Positions 18,523 to 28,887 of a DNA stretch of 62,409 nucleotides are shown piece by piece (position 1 is the first letter of the stretch; every line of letters starts with the position of its first letter). Source of the stretch: a virus (Duplodnaviria > Caudoviricetes); the IMG/VR virus record IMGVR_UViG_3300012931_000021, positions 1-62,409 of that record, one strand, 5' to 3'. The position numbers were made by a program, and so were the translations under genes. Below the pieces are notes generated by a model. It had not been told where the DNA came from, ran no database searches, and saw nothing but the letters and a program-made list of their open reading frames with translations.

Positions 18523-19266
18523 ATGATTGAAGACAGAATTGTACTCGTAGTAGGTACAAATGGGTATGACAACATTGGTGCTGCAGTTGTGCAGAAATTT
18601 AAGACTGAAGGTTGGAAAGTTATCACAGCCGATATGAGGAACGACACAGATGTATTCTTGGATGTTACAAACAAGAAGAATATTGCTGGTGTGTTTGACG
18701 CAATTAAGACCATGTATGGCAGACTTGATGCGGTTTTACCGTGCCATGGTATCAATATCTTGGGTAAAATCGAGGAATACAATGAAAAAGATTGGGATAA
18801 GACGATTGATGTAAATCTCAAGGGATTATTCCTCCTGTTGCAGGCATATGTGCAGATTTTCGACAATGATGGTAAGCGTAAGGTGTTTTTGCCTATAACA
18901 AGTGATACCAGCGAAATTCCAAAGACAAGCACATTTGCATATGGTGCAAGCAAAGCAGGAGCGAATCATTTCTTGAGATGCACGGCGCGTGAACTCAACA
19001 AATACCACAAAGACCCATGGTTGGTCACAGGGCTTGCTATTGGCATGGTTGCAGGCACTCCAATGGATAAGAAAACTATATCAGACCTTATGACGCAGCG
19101 CGATATCACTGAAGAGAAAGCGCGTGGAATGCTCACAGCCAACATACCTATCGGGAGAGGGTTATCAACTGATGAGGTTGCAGACTGGGTTTATTTTGTA
19201 ACTGATAAGGGAGACTATGCTACAGGCAACATTATCAGAATAGACGCGGGCCAGCTAAGTGGGTGA
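18523..19266 (+). CDS. Short-chain dehydrogenase/reductase
   Basis: VVGTNGYDNIG, DVT, VNLKG, YGASK, ATGNIIRIDAG. Confidence 0.9.
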   Translation: MIEDRIVLVVGTNGYDNIGAAVVQKFKTEGWKVITADMRNDTDVFLDVTNKKNIAGVFDAIKTMYGRLDAVLPCHGINILGKIEEYNEKDWDKTIDVNLKGLFLLLQAYVQIFDNDGKRKVFLPITSDTSEIPKTSTFAYGASKAGANHFLRCTARELNKYHKDPWLVTGLAIGMVAGTPMDKKTISDLMTQRDITEEKARGMLTANIPIGRGLSTDEVADWVYFVTDKGDYATGNIIRIDAGQLSG

Positions 19267-19270
19267 TATA

Positions 19271-19825
19271 ATGAATCATCATATGTGTAATACGAAACTT
19301 TATAAAACATGGCAGAAAATGAAAGACAGATGTAAACCTGATTATTTTCAGCATTATCTTTATTACGATAAAGGTGTGAGACTTTATAATGAGTGGCAAA
19401 GTTTTATACCATTTATGGAGTGGGCTTTAGCTAATGGATACAAAGATGGACTTACAATTGATAGAAAGGATAATAATAAAGGATATAATCCAGAGAATTG
19501 CAGGTTTGCAACAAAAATTGAACAAGGTAGAAACAGAGATGCATGTGTTTATTTTGAACATAATGAAGAAAAACATTGTTTAACTGAATGGTGTGAAATC
19601 CTTGGAGTAAGCGTTAGTACTGCATTTAAAAGATATCATAAAGGATGGAATTTTGAAGAGATATTTAGCAAACCAAGAAATACTAATAAAGTTAAATTAC
19701 CACTATCTGAATTAGACAATGTTAAAGAGATGAAAAAGACAATGACATTGGTGCAAATTGCTAAAGTATATAATGTGTGTGACCATTCTGTCAGAATGTT
19801 ATTAAATGGTCATAGAAAACATTAG
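19271..19825 (+). CDS. HNH-type homing endonuclease with C-terminal HTH
   Basis: IDRKDNNKGYNPENCRFAT; LVQIAKVYNV. Confidence 0.82.
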   Translation: MNHHMCNTKLYKTWQKMKDRCKPDYFQHYLYYDKGVRLYNEWQSFIPFMEWALANGYKDGLTIDRKDNNKGYNPENCRFATKIEQGRNRDACVYFEHNEEKHCLTEWCEILGVSVSTAFKRYHKGWNFEEIFSKPRNTNKVKLPLSELDNVKEMKKTMTLVQIAKVYNVCDHSVRMLLNGHRKH

Positions 19826-19902
19826 AGTAATAAAGGTATGACGTGAGGAATTGCGCTATACCTTTTTATGTATAATTAACTATCACAAAATTTATAAGGA
19901 GA

Positions 19903-20697
19903 GTGAATCAGATGGGAAAGAAAGTAGAACCAAAAGTAACGTTGGTAGCATGGACGTCTAACCCTATAAAAGCAATTGCTAGTCAGCTTCTAAACATGCA
20001 GGGAGAAATGCATCATAACTTGGATGAGATTGATGAAGACAGAGCAATATCATTGGTCAGAGACCTTAAGAAGACTGCACTTGCTGGTGGTCTTGAAGTT
20101 ATTGATATGGTATTTCAGATTGAAAATGTACCGCGTGCATTGACTCATCAAATGGTGAGAACCAGAATAGGCGCGACATATCATCAGGAATCATTGAGGT
20201 TTACTACCAAGAAAGATGGATTTGATTATGATATTGGACCGACAATATTGAAGAATGAATATTCAAGTATGTTTTTTGAAAATACAATGGAAGGGCTTGC
20301 TGAATCATATAACAGACTCATTGAAAATGGTGCTTCAACCGAAGATGCACGTGGAGTACTTCCTATTGCTACAATGACTAAGATAGGTGTCAAATACAAT
20401 TTTAAGACACTTGTGCATGCAGCAAATGTACGTCTATGCTATCAATCCCAGGGACATTGGAAAACTGTATTCAATCGTATCAAAGAAGAGGTAGAGACCA
20501 AGATACATCCAGTTCTTGGAGAATTCCTTGTTCCGATATGTGAAGTGTCAGGTAGATGTGAATACAAAGGTATCTTTGACCGGAAATGCCCAAAAGAAGA
20601 TGCTATGATTAAGAAAACATGTGCTGCATGCACACACTTTGCAACATGTGATGATACCTGTGCAGCATTGAAAGCTATGCACAGACTGGAGGATTAA
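19903..20697 (+). CDS. thyX: Divergent FAD-dependent thymidylate synthase (ThyX-like)
   Basis: HQMVRTRIGATYHQESLR (RHR replaced by RTR), EDARGVLP, R.C..SQ. Confidence 0.82.
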   Translation: MNQMGKKVEPKVTLVAWTSNPIKAIASQLLNMQGEMHHNLDEIDEDRAISLVRDLKKTALAGGLEVIDMVFQIENVPRALTHQMVRTRIGATYHQESLRFTTKKDGFDYDIGPTILKNEYSSMFFENTMEGLAESYNRLIENGASTEDARGVLPIATMTKIGVKYNFKTLVHAANVRLCYQSQGHWKTVFNRIKEEVETKIHPVLGEFLVPICEVSGRCEYKGIFDRKCPKEDAMIKKTCAACTHFATCDDTCAALKAMHRLED

Positions 20698-20698
20698 C

Positions 20699-23600
20699 AT
20701 GGCTAGTTCACTTCATACACATAGCACATTCAGCCGTCTAGATGGGTATGGATTACCAGAACAGATTGTTAAACGTGCGCTTGAACTTGGGTTGAAGGGA
20801 GTATGCATAACAGACCATGCATCTACAAGTGCTCATCCTAAACTCGAAATGGCATGTGGTAAGTGGGGTAAGTGCAATGTATGTGGTGAGATTGTTGATA
20901 TGAAGAGTGATGTGCATATGTGTGCTGACCCAACATACCAAACAATAAAACCTTTGTACGGGGTTGAACTATATCTCAATTCAGCCAAAACAAAGAAACA
21001 GAAAAAGAATCACATAACCCTTATAGCTAAAAGTCTTGAAGGGTATAGGAATATTGTTAAGATTGCAAGTATGGCATATCAGGATAACTACTTTTATTAC
21101 TTACCATCAGTGGATATTGAAGACGTCTTTGCAAATAGCAGGGACGTCATTGTCCTCTCCGGATGTATGAATGGTATTGCTTCTGAGCTAATTTCGCAGG
21201 GTAAGCTGGATGAAGCTAGGGAAGCAATCCAGCAGATGGCACAGAACATTGAACATTTCTACGTGGAACTGCAACCATTGGATATACGATATGAAAATGG
21301 TGACTATCATGTTGACAGTGAAATCATTAATCGAGAGCTTATCAAAATTGCACAGGGGTTGAGTCTTCAGGTGGTTGCTACAAATGATGTGCATTACATC
21401 AAAGATGATGAACGCTGGTTACAACATTTCCTTGCTATGGTACATAGAAAGACCAATAGAAGAGATTTTCCAAATGCAATGACTACACGTGGAAGACTTG
21501 CAAACGAAGCAGATTTCAAAGAGTGGCTTAAACCATACAGCAAATATATGGCAAAACAGGCACTGATTAATCAGGATAAGATATGTGACTCTGTGGAAGA
21601 TTTTAAACTACCAAAGGCAGCACCTATGAAATGGAATGATGAATCTGATGAAGAGAGATACAAAATACTTGTTGAGAATGTAAATCAGGGATGGAAGAAA
21701 CGCTGGCAGGGTAAGCAATGTCCTGATAGAAAGAGATATCAGGAACAGGGACAATACGAATTGGAATTAATCAGACAGAAGGGATTTTATGACTATTTCT
21801 TGATTGTTTCTGATATGGTAAAATGGGCAAAAGATAATAACATTCTGGTAGGACCTGCACGTGGAAGTGTCGGAGCGTCAGAAGTATCATGGTTAACTGA
21901 CATAACAGAGATAGACCCAATTCGCTTTAATCTTTTGTTTGAACGATTTCTTGACCCATCACGTTCAGATGCTCCTGATATAGACCTTGATTTTCAGGAT
22001 GATAGACGTGATGAAGTTAAGGATTATATGAAACAAAAATGGGGAGAAAATAAAGTATCAAACGTTGCAGGCTATACAATGTATCATGATAAAGGTTTGC
22101 TGGATGATATTGAACGCTGCTATAATTTTCCTCCAAAGACGTCAGATAGATGGAAAAAACGTCTTATTGAAGAAGGTGGTACAGAGTCACTTGAAGAAAT
22201 ATTATCAACAATTGAAGGTATACCTAGAGGAATGGAACGAATGCTGGGACAATTGCGCGGTTATACTGTTCATGCTGCTGGACTTGTTGTATCATCTGAA
22301 CCATTAAGCGACATAACTACTATCATGGGTGACTCGATAGCTTTGGACAAACGAGATGCTGAATACCTCAATTTGTTGAAAATTGACGTTTTAAGCCTAA
22401 CAACATTGCGTGCCATAGCATTAGCATTGAAGGAAATAAAAATGTCTGTAAATCAATTATACGCACTACCATTAGATATACCAGAAGTGTTCAGAGGTTT
22501 TAAAAAGGGAGATATGCAGGGGATATTCCAATACGCAGGTAGTACAACAAGAAATGTGCTAATCAAAGCTTTGAAGCCATACAATATAGATGATTCTGAT
22601 ATGGACGAATTGTTTTCAGTTGTTACAGATGTTAATACATTGTCAAGACCTGCATCATTAAATAATGGGTCAACCAATAGATACACAAATAATATTGTTG
22701 AAAATATACATCCTATAATTACAATGCATACGCAGGAAACACGCGGTCAAATCATTTACCAGGAACAAATAATGAGAGTCTTGCGTGAAGGTGGACTTGA
22801 TTGGGTTGATGTAGCTGCAGTGCGTAAACTGATGACAAAACATGAAGGCAGGGAAAAGTTGGATGGTATCAAGAAGAGATTCTTTATATTCCTCCAAGAA
22901 ACGTTTAAGAATACACCTGAAGAATGTGAAATAGTATGGAGTAGAATTGGTGATGAAGGTGCGTATGGCTTCAATATAGCGCATTGTGTAGCTTATACAT
23001 TGATTGCATACTATACTATGTGGTTGAAGGTGTTCCATCCGCTTGTTTTCTATTGGTCGAACATGATGATAAATGCAGAGGATGAAGGACTTTTAAGAGA
23101 ATTTGCACAATCAGGTGGTAAGATATTTGAAGTACGGTTTGGAAAGTCAAAGTCTGACTGGTCAATTGATTATGAAAGGAATGGAATACGTGCTGGCTAC
23201 ACTACAATTAAAGGTATAGGTGATAAGACAGCAGAGAAACTCATCAGGTTGCAGGAAGAACACACTAATGCTAATGGTGATATAGATATTGATGTTAGTG
23301 ATTTCCCTGCTAAGGCATTCAATGCGCTTACAGAAATTGGAGCATTTAATGAGGATGATTCTATACACGATTATTTGGGTTTAAATGAGCTCTCATCAAT
23401 GGATACCATAGTATCTGGACGCACCAGAATAATTGACCTGTGTGACCATGATATCGTTACATTGGCAGTTAGGTTAAGCAGTCATAAGGTTAAGTCATTG
23501 AAGGAATATTACAAGAAGAACAATAAGGACTACAGTGAAGTAAGGGATGGTGATAAGGAAAGATATGTTAACATGAAAGTTTATGATGAAACTGGTGAAC

Positions 23601-23770
23601 TTGATGTTACTATATCACGATACAAGATGGATGAACCTGGTTATTATGAGCTTGTTGAAGGATTCAATAGTCAGGATGTTTATGAAATGCTAGTGGAATA
23701 TAACGAAGGAAGAAACAAGGCTTATGTCATGAATATGAATAAGGTGGGAGAAGGTGATATTTGCACATGA
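20699..23770 (+). CDS. dnaE: DnaE-like DNA polymerase III alpha subunit
   Basis: PHP motifs LHTHS.FS..DG, TDH, NDVHY; GPARGS, PDIDLDF, HAAG, LLKID, YGFN.AH. Confidence 0.95.
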   Translation: MASSLHTHSTFSRLDGYGLPEQIVKRALELGLKGVCITDHASTSAHPKLEMACGKWGKCNVCGEIVDMKSDVHMCADPTYQTIKPLYGVELYLNSAKTKKQKKNHITLIAKSLEGYRNIVKIASMAYQDNYFYYLPSVDIEDVFANSRDVIVLSGCMNGIASELISQGKLDEAREAIQQMAQNIEHFYVELQPLDIRYENGDYHVDSEIINRELIKIAQGLSLQVVATNDVHYIKDDERWLQHFLAMVHRKTNRRDFPNAMTTRGRLANEADFKEWLKPYSKYMAKQALINQDKICDSVEDFKLPKAAPMKWNDESDEERYKILVENVNQGWKKRWQGKQCPDRKRYQEQGQYELELIRQKGFYDYFLIVSDMVKWAKDNNILVGPARGSVGASEVSWLTDITEIDPIRFNLLFERFLDPSRSDAPDIDLDFQDDRRDEVKDYMKQKWGENKVSNVAGYTMYHDKGLLDDIERCYNFPPKTSDRWKKRLIEEGGTESLEEILSTIEGIPRGMERMLGQLRGYTVHAAGLVVSSEPLSDITTIMGDSIALDKRDAEYLNLLKIDVLSLTTLRAIALALKEIKMSVNQLYALPLDIPEVFRGFKKGDMQGIFQYAGSTTRNVLIKALKPYNIDDSDMDELFSVVTDVNTLSRPASLNNGSTNRYTNNIVENIHPIITMHTQETRGQIIYQEQIMRVLREGGLDWVDVAAVRKLMTKHEGREKLDGIKKRFFIFLQETFKNTPEECEIVWSRIGDEGAYGFNIAHCVAYTLIAYYTMWLKVFHPLVFYWSNMMINAEDEGLLREFAQSGGKIFEVRFGKSKSDWSIDYERNGIRAGYTTIKGIGDKTAEKLIRLQEEHTNANGDIDIDVSDFPAKAFNALTEIGAFNEDDSIHDYLGLNELSSMDTIVSGRTRIIDLCDHDIVTLAVRLSSHKVKSLKEYYKKNNKDYSEVRDGDKERYVNMKVYDETGELDVTISRYKMDEPGYYELVEGFNSQDVYEMLVEYNEGRNKAYVMNMNKVGEGDICT

Positions 23771-24021
23771 TACCTTACGAAAATAAAATCATATGCTACA
23801 ATTGCATACATTGGGATGGTGACAATCAATATTCTCAGTCTGATGGTAATATTAGCAATGTTTGGGTGAGCATCTGTTCATGTCCTGATAAATGGAGAAT
23901 CAGTGATAAAAACGAAGACCACATCACAGAAGCACAGGATTTTTGTTTGCATTTTGAACCAGTATCAGGTTGGGATGATAATTGGAAAGCAATCTTTGAA
24001 AGGAGGTTGAAACATGAATGA
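23767..24021 (+). CDS. Hypothetical Cys-rich protein
   Basis: CxxCxHW...C...C pattern; ATGA coupling. Confidence 0.6.
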   Translation: MIPYENKIICYNCIHWDGDNQYSQSDGNISNVWVSICSCPDKWRISDKNEDHITEAQDFCLHFEPVSGWDDNWKAIFERRLKHE

Positions 24022-24202
24022 TTTGAATGCTACAAAGAAACCACCATTAGGTATTATACCAAGAGAAAAATGGCTACTTTTACGTTTTGAAGATTTACAA
24101 AGAGCAATAACAGAATATACACAAGCTGGACTTATTGTTAGAATAGAGTGGATTGATGAATACAATAAATTAGCAAAGGAGTTTGCAGAAAATGATAAAT
24201 GA
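24014..24202 (+). CDS. Hypothetical protein
   Basis: GGAGG RBS; KPPLG..P motif. Confidence 0.6.
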   Translation: MNDLNATKKPPLGIIPREKWLLLRFEDLQRAITEYTQAGLIVRIEWIDEYNKLAKEFAENDK

Positions 24203-26489
24203 AAATGCAAAAAAGATACTCGAAAAGCGGTATATAGCTAAGGATGAGAATGGTGTACCTCTTGAGAATATTGATGGTATGTTTCATCGTGTAGCGCATA
24301 ATATAGCAAAAGCTGAAAGTAAAGATAAAGATAAGTGGGAGCAAATATTTTATGATATGATGGTCAATCTTGAATTTCTTCCAAATTCGCCTACACTTAT
24401 GAACGCTGGACGTCCATTAGGACAACTAAGTGGATGTTTTGTGCTGCCAATTGAAGATAATACAGAGAGTATATTTGATGCAATCAAATACAGCGCATTA
24501 GTTCATAAATCTGGTGGTGGCACTGGTTTTAGTTTCTCAAGGTTGCGTCCCAATGGGAGCATAGTCAAGTCAACTGCTGGAGTTGCTTCAGGACCCGTAT
24601 CATTCCTTAAGGTATTCAATGCTGCTACAGAATGTATTAAACAGGGTGGAACAAGACGTGGAGCTAATATGGGTATTCTGCGTGTTGACCATCCTGATAT
24701 ACGCACTTTTATCAATTGTAAGAAAGATAACAAGGAGGTAACCAATTTCAATCTGTCTGTTGGAGTTACTGAGGAATTCATGAATGCAGCACTTCATAAC
24801 GAAACATATGCACTCATTAATCCTGTTAACAAGAAAATTTCTGGATATGAGAATGCAGCAGAAATTTTCCAAATGATTATTGATGGTTCATGGGAAAATG
24901 GAGAACCAGGCATTATATTCCTTGATAGAGTTAACAAAGACAATCCAACACCTGAACTTGGAGAAATAGAGTCAACAAACCCATGTGGTGAACAACCGCT
25001 TCTACCATATGAATCATGCAATCTTGGGTCAATTAATCTTTCTAATTTTGTTACAAAAGACAAGCAAGTAGATTGTAAAAGACTAGCTATAACTGTACAA
25101 AATGCTGTAAGATTTTTAGATAACGTAGTGACTGTAAATAAATTTCCGCTTCAACAGGTAACAGAAATGACGCTAAAGACAAGAAAAATTGGACTTGGAG
25201 TAATGGGATGGGCTGATATGCTCATACAGATGAATATACCATATAATAGTGATAAAGCAATATCTTTAGCAGAAGAAATAATGGAATTCATAAACGAATA
25301 TGCATTGTGTGCATCTTTAGAACTTGCAAAAGAAAAAGGAGCTTACCCTCAATCTAAAAACCATGATGACTATGAGTTCTCACCACGTAACGCAGCACGC
25401 ACAACTATCGCTCCTACAGGTACATTATCAATTATAGCAGACTGTAGCAGTGGTATAGAACCATTGTTTGCTATTGTATATGAACGTAATCAGGCTGATA
25501 TGCGGATGTTAGATGTAAATCCGGAATTTATAAGGATACTTGGAGAGAAGTACACTGTTGAGCCTACAAAAGAGTTGCTGGAGAAAATCCTAAAATCTGG
25601 CACAATCCAAGGTATGGATGAGATACCAAAGGAAGTCCAGGACGTATTTTTAACAGCACATGATATCGCTCCTGAATGGCATATTAAGATGCAGGCAGCA
25701 TTCCAAAGACATGTCAATAATGCAGTATCAAAGACAATCAACTTCAAGCATGATGCTACCAAAGAAGATGTTAAACGTGCATTCATAATGGCTTATACAA
25801 CTGGATGCAAGGGTGTTACTACTTATCGTGATGGTAGCCGTCAAGAACAGGTATTATCTACTGGAGCAAGTTATCAAAAGGACGCGCCAAGACCACTCAA
25901 AGATGTAGTATTTGATGAGGGTGAAATGCGTCAGGAACAGGCAGAATATCTTGAAGAAATGGCAAGGTTGAGTCTTCAGGTGAAACCGCGTCCACGTCCT
26001 AGACCTGACATAACTACTGGGTTTACAGAGAAAGTCAAGATTGGTTGTGGAAATCTTTATATTACTGTAAACTATGATGAACAGGGCATTTGTGAGGTAT
26101 TTACGAACAATGGTAGAGCTGGAGGATGTCCATCACAGAGTGAGGCAGTGTCCAGGCTTGTTAGTTTGGCTTTAAGGACAGGTATTTCCACTGATGCAAT
26201 AATAGAACAACTGAAGGGAATACGTTGTTCATCAACCATAGGGAAGGGTTTAGAATGCCTTTCATGTCCGGATGCAATTGGAAGACTGATTGAGAAGATG
26301 GAAAAAGAAATAGCTGATACTTACGAATTCAAGCCAAATGACTATCATGGTTATGAAAAATCTGAATACGGAAATGACATTTCATATGCTAAAAATATAA
26401 CATCTACCTGTCCAAATTGCAAGAAAACACTTGAACATGAAGGTGGATGTGTAATATGCAGAAATTGCGGTTTCTCACAGTGTAATTAA
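24192..26489 (+). CDS. nrdJ: Class II (B12-dependent) ribonucleotide reductase with C-terminal TSCPD/Zn-ribbon region
   Basis: PNSPTLMNAG, TNPCGEQPL, IAPTGT, SKTIN, TYRDGSR; no beta-subunit gene. Confidence 0.93.
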   Translation: MINENAKKILEKRYIAKDENGVPLENIDGMFHRVAHNIAKAESKDKDKWEQIFYDMMVNLEFLPNSPTLMNAGRPLGQLSGCFVLPIEDNTESIFDAIKYSALVHKSGGGTGFSFSRLRPNGSIVKSTAGVASGPVSFLKVFNAATECIKQGGTRRGANMGILRVDHPDIRTFINCKKDNKEVTNFNLSVGVTEEFMNAALHNETYALINPVNKKISGYENAAEIFQMIIDGSWENGEPGIIFLDRVNKDNPTPELGEIESTNPCGEQPLLPYESCNLGSINLSNFVTKDKQVDCKRLAITVQNAVRFLDNVVTVNKFPLQQVTEMTLKTRKIGLGVMGWADMLIQMNIPYNSDKAISLAEEIMEFINEYALCASLELAKEKGAYPQSKNHDDYEFSPRNAARTTIAPTGTLSIIADCSSGIEPLFAIVYERNQADMRMLDVNPEFIRILGEKYTVEPTKELLEKILKSGTIQGMDEIPKEVQDVFLTAHDIAPEWHIKMQAAFQRHVNNAVSKTINFKHDATKEDVKRAFIMAYTTGCKGVTTYRDGSRQEQVLSTGASYQKDAPRPLKDVVFDEGEMRQEQAEYLEEMARLSLQVKPRPRPRPDITTGFTEKVKIGCGNLYITVNYDEQGICEVFTNNGRAGGCPSQSEAVSRLVSLALRTGISTDAIIEQLKGIRCSSTIGKGLECLSCPDAIGRLIEKMEKEIADTYEFKPNDYHGYEKSEYGNDISYAKNITSTCPNCKKTLEHEGGCVICRNCGFSQCN

Positions 26490-26535
26490 TTTTGGAATGA
26501 ATCAATCATACATATGATATAATAATTCAAGTGAG

Positions 26536-26769
26536 GTGATTAGGATGGATAAGTTAGCTAAGACACAAGAATTCATCAAAAAATATTGTCCATTTCCAAA
26601 TCATTATTGTAATGGAAAACACATACCAAATTGTGTATTAAGAAAGAACATGAGCAAATGGTATGATACGGACAGAACTAGAGACAAAGAACATCCATGT
26701 GAACATTTTGTAAGTGGTAAATGTCGACATTCAATGAGACATTATATAGGGAGGTGGAGTGATGAATGA
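26536..26769 (+). CDS. Hypothetical Cys-rich protein
   Basis: GAGGTG RBS; lies within an operon. Confidence 0.55.
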   Translation: MIRMDKLAKTQEFIKKYCPFPNHYCNGKHIPNCVLRKNMSKWYDTDRTRDKEHPCEHFVSGKCRHSMRHYIGRWSDE

Positions 26770-26983
26770 TTTAACATGCGAACATGCAAAATATTTGTAT
26801 GGAAGCAATCAGGGAGATATAATTTGTACAGCTAATCATGCATCTAATGTTTGTACCTGCCAGCTATGGAGTATAAAACAGGGATGTTATATTATGAAAG
26901 AATCATCGAAATGTGAGAGGAGGAGCAATAGTGAAAGTAGTGGAACAGATATTCATATCAGGAAAAGTACCAGTAGGAAGTGA
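26759..26983 (+). CDS. Hypothetical protein
   Basis: GGAGG RBS; overlaps neighbours. Confidence 0.5.
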   Translation: MMNDLTCEHAKYLYGSNQGDIICTANHASNVCTCQLWSIKQGCYIMKESSKCERRSNSESSGTDIHIRKSTSRK

Positions 26984-27206
26984 TATCGCTGTAGCTATAC
27001 GAGAAGCTATACAACAATATGGTATGCAGGCAGCTAAGGAAATCAGTGCAAAACATGGTGTACATGTTACACCTATGGTTCATTCTGTATCATCTATAGG
27101 TGTTGAAACTGAGCCAAACAGCATTACTCGAAAGATAAATCAAATGTATGTTTTGCTTATAATCGTCGATATGGTTGAAGATGGACAGGCTTTAAATTTT
27201 AACTGA
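26931..27206 (+). CDS. Hypothetical protein
   Basis: GGAGGAG RBS before GTG. Confidence 0.6.
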   Translation: MKVVEQIFISGKVPVGSDIAVAIREAIQQYGMQAAKEISAKHGVHVTPMVHSVSSIGVETEPNSITRKINQMYVLLIIVDMVEDGQALNFN

Positions 27207-27214
27207 AGAGAGGG

Positions 27215-27757
27215 ATGAGAATGAAAAGTAATAAGGTGTTTTTGATATTCGTGATGTTGATGATAATGATTCAAATAATTGCTACGATATTAATGATAAA
27301 AATATCAAATCAACAACCGATAGTGTTACCAACAAATACACCAACTCCTACTTCTACACCAACTCCTACTCCAGTACCTATTGTAGTTGAAATAATGAAA
27401 CCATATGTAGTATCACGCGGTGGCGAAGAACATCCTATAGAAACGTTTATTGGAAAAATAACCATGTACACAGCAGGATACGAATCTACTGGCAAGAGAC
27501 CTAATAATCCATTGTATGGCATTACAGCAAGTGGAAGATATGTTAAAGCAAACCATACAATAGCAATGGATAAAAGGTATCCATTTGGTACATTGGTTGT
27601 TATTGAAGGGTTTGAAGATATCATTTTTGAAGTTGAGGATAGAGGTGGCGCCATTACTGATAATGATATAGATGTCTACATATCCAACAAAGATGAAGCA
27701 ATGGAATGGGGAGTACAACACAAAGAAGTCAAAATATTAAGACTAGGAGAGAAATAA
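27215..27757 (+). CDS. Membrane-anchored 3D-domain cell-wall hydrolase
   Basis: N-terminal TM helix, PT linker, GITASG..IAMD..PFGT..EDRGGAI..DIDVY. Confidence 0.88.
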   Translation: MRMKSNKVFLIFVMLMIMIQIIATILMIKISNQQPIVLPTNTPTPTSTPTPTPVPIVVEIMKPYVVSRGGEEHPIETFIGKITMYTAGYESTGKRPNNPLYGITASGRYVKANHTIAMDKRYPFGTLVVIEGFEDIIFEVEDRGGAITDNDIDVYISNKDEAMEWGVQHKEVKILRLGEK

Positions 27758-27758
27758 T

Positions 27759-28055
27759 ATGAGCAGAGCATATAGTTTTCAAAAGAATACCAAACCACAA
27801 CCAGTAAAGAAATCTATAATTGAAAAATATAACATGAAATTCACTTACTATGATGATGTTAAGGCATTTTTGGAAGGAAAAGATTCTCATAGTTTAAATA
27901 TTGAATGTGGAAACATACCTGATGCATGCGGCATGTTTCATGAAGCTGTAAAGAAGATATATACTAATTATTACATTAGCGATATATCAGTTAGTCCGAT
28001 AATTAAGGAGGTAAAAAGTGATGAGGAAACTTCGGAGGTCAATCCTGAAAGCTAG
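27759..28055 (+). CDS. Hypothetical protein
   Basis: AGGAG RBS; operonic. Confidence 0.6.
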   Translation: MSRAYSFQKNTKPQPVKKSIIEKYNMKFTYYDDVKAFLEGKDSHSLNIECGNIPDACGMFHEAVKKIYTNYYISDISVSPIIKEVKSDEETSEVNPES

Positions 28056-28218
28056 GATAGGAAACAACAATATATCGGAGTCATGGTTCAATCTACAGAT
28101 GAAGCGTTGCGGAGTTGACCTTAAATGGTTGTCTAAAATTAAAAGCCATTGGCATACGATACGTCATACTGGGATGCAGATTGCAAAGTTTTGTAAGGCA
28201 AAGCTTCAAAGGGCATAA
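28018..28218 (+). CDS. Hypothetical basic protein
   Basis: GGAGG RBS; ends at terminator. Confidence 0.6.
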   Translation: MMRKLRRSILKARIGNNNISESWFNLQMKRCGVDLKWLSKIKSHWHTIRHTGMQIAKFCKAKLQRA

Positions 28219-28256
28219 AAAAGCACCATTGTTCATATGAGCAGTGGTGCTTTTTT
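28217..28256. terminator. Bidirectional intrinsic terminator
   Basis: A6-GCACCATTG/CAGTGGTGC-T6 between convergent genes. Confidence 0.9.
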
Positions 28257-28263
28257 ATGCCCT

Positions 28264-28524
28264 TTAGCTAGCTTGTCTTCCTACCCATTCAACAAAGTTG
28301 TTGAGCTCCTTTTCTACACGTTCTGCACAGGCATTCATATCGAGATGTCCAAGCTCTATGGCTTCACGGAACATTACGAATGTGGTGACTACAACACCAC
28401 GCTTGTTATAATACTCATGAACACTTCTACCGTTGCCATTATACTCGTATATAGCCTTTGAACGTTCGTATAGGTGCAGTAGGTTGCTATACTTCCTGAT
28501 AGCGTCTTGTTTAGTCTTAATCAT
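28264..28524 (-). CDS. Hypothetical early protein
   Basis: GAAAGGAG RBS before ATG (MIKTKQ). Confidence 0.7.
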   Translation of the reverse strand: MIKTKQDAIRKYSNLLHLYERSKAIYEYNGNGRSVHEYYNKRGVVVTTFVMFREAIELGHLDMNACAERVEKELNNFVEWVGRQAS

Positions 28525-28573
28525 ACAATCATCTCCTTTCATGGATGAAACGCCATCAATGTGGCGTTTCATG

Positions 28574-28696
28574 TCAAGCACTTTTCAGTTTTGCTCCCAA
28601 TGCCGATTTACTATTTCTTGTAAGTATCTTCCTTAAATTACATTCAATCATCAGTTCTTTAACAATCTTATCGATTTCGCTTTGGTCAAGATTCAT
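28574..28696 (-). CDS. 40-aa hypothetical protein (not in ORF track)
   Basis: AAGGAG RBS; MNLDQSEIDKIVKELM... Confidence 0.55.
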   Translation of the reverse strand: MNLDQSEIDKIVKELMIECNLRKILTRNSKSALGAKLKSA

Positions 28697-28872
28697 TGTT
28701 TGTCACTCCTTTCTATTGGTATAACATTTGATTCTGTCAGAAGTACAAGTGCATTTGTTATCAGTCTATCTGCCATAACTATATGTATTTGTGCTTCATC
28801 TGGATGATTCTTTGCTGTTGCTAAAAGTATCTTTGCGTGACTCAGAGTATCAATTATTTTAGTTCTCTTCAT
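28693..28872 (-). CDS. 59-aa hypothetical protein (not in ORF track)
   Basis: AAGGA RBS; ATGA coupling to the next gene. Confidence 0.6.
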   Translation of the reverse strand: MKRTKIIDTLSHAKILLATAKNHPDEAQIHIVMADRLITNALVLLTESNVIPIERSDKQ

Positions 28873-28887
28873 GTTAAATCATTCCTT

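Noticed and set aside
10619-19825. HNH genes as group I intron cargo
   Set aside because: Flanking genes are intact and nearly abut the HNH ORFs, leaving no room for intron cores
28545-28572. Fifth hammerhead (GAAACGCC...GGCGT)
   Set aside because: Perfect hairpin with no stem I or CUGANGA; at most a remnant or processing stem
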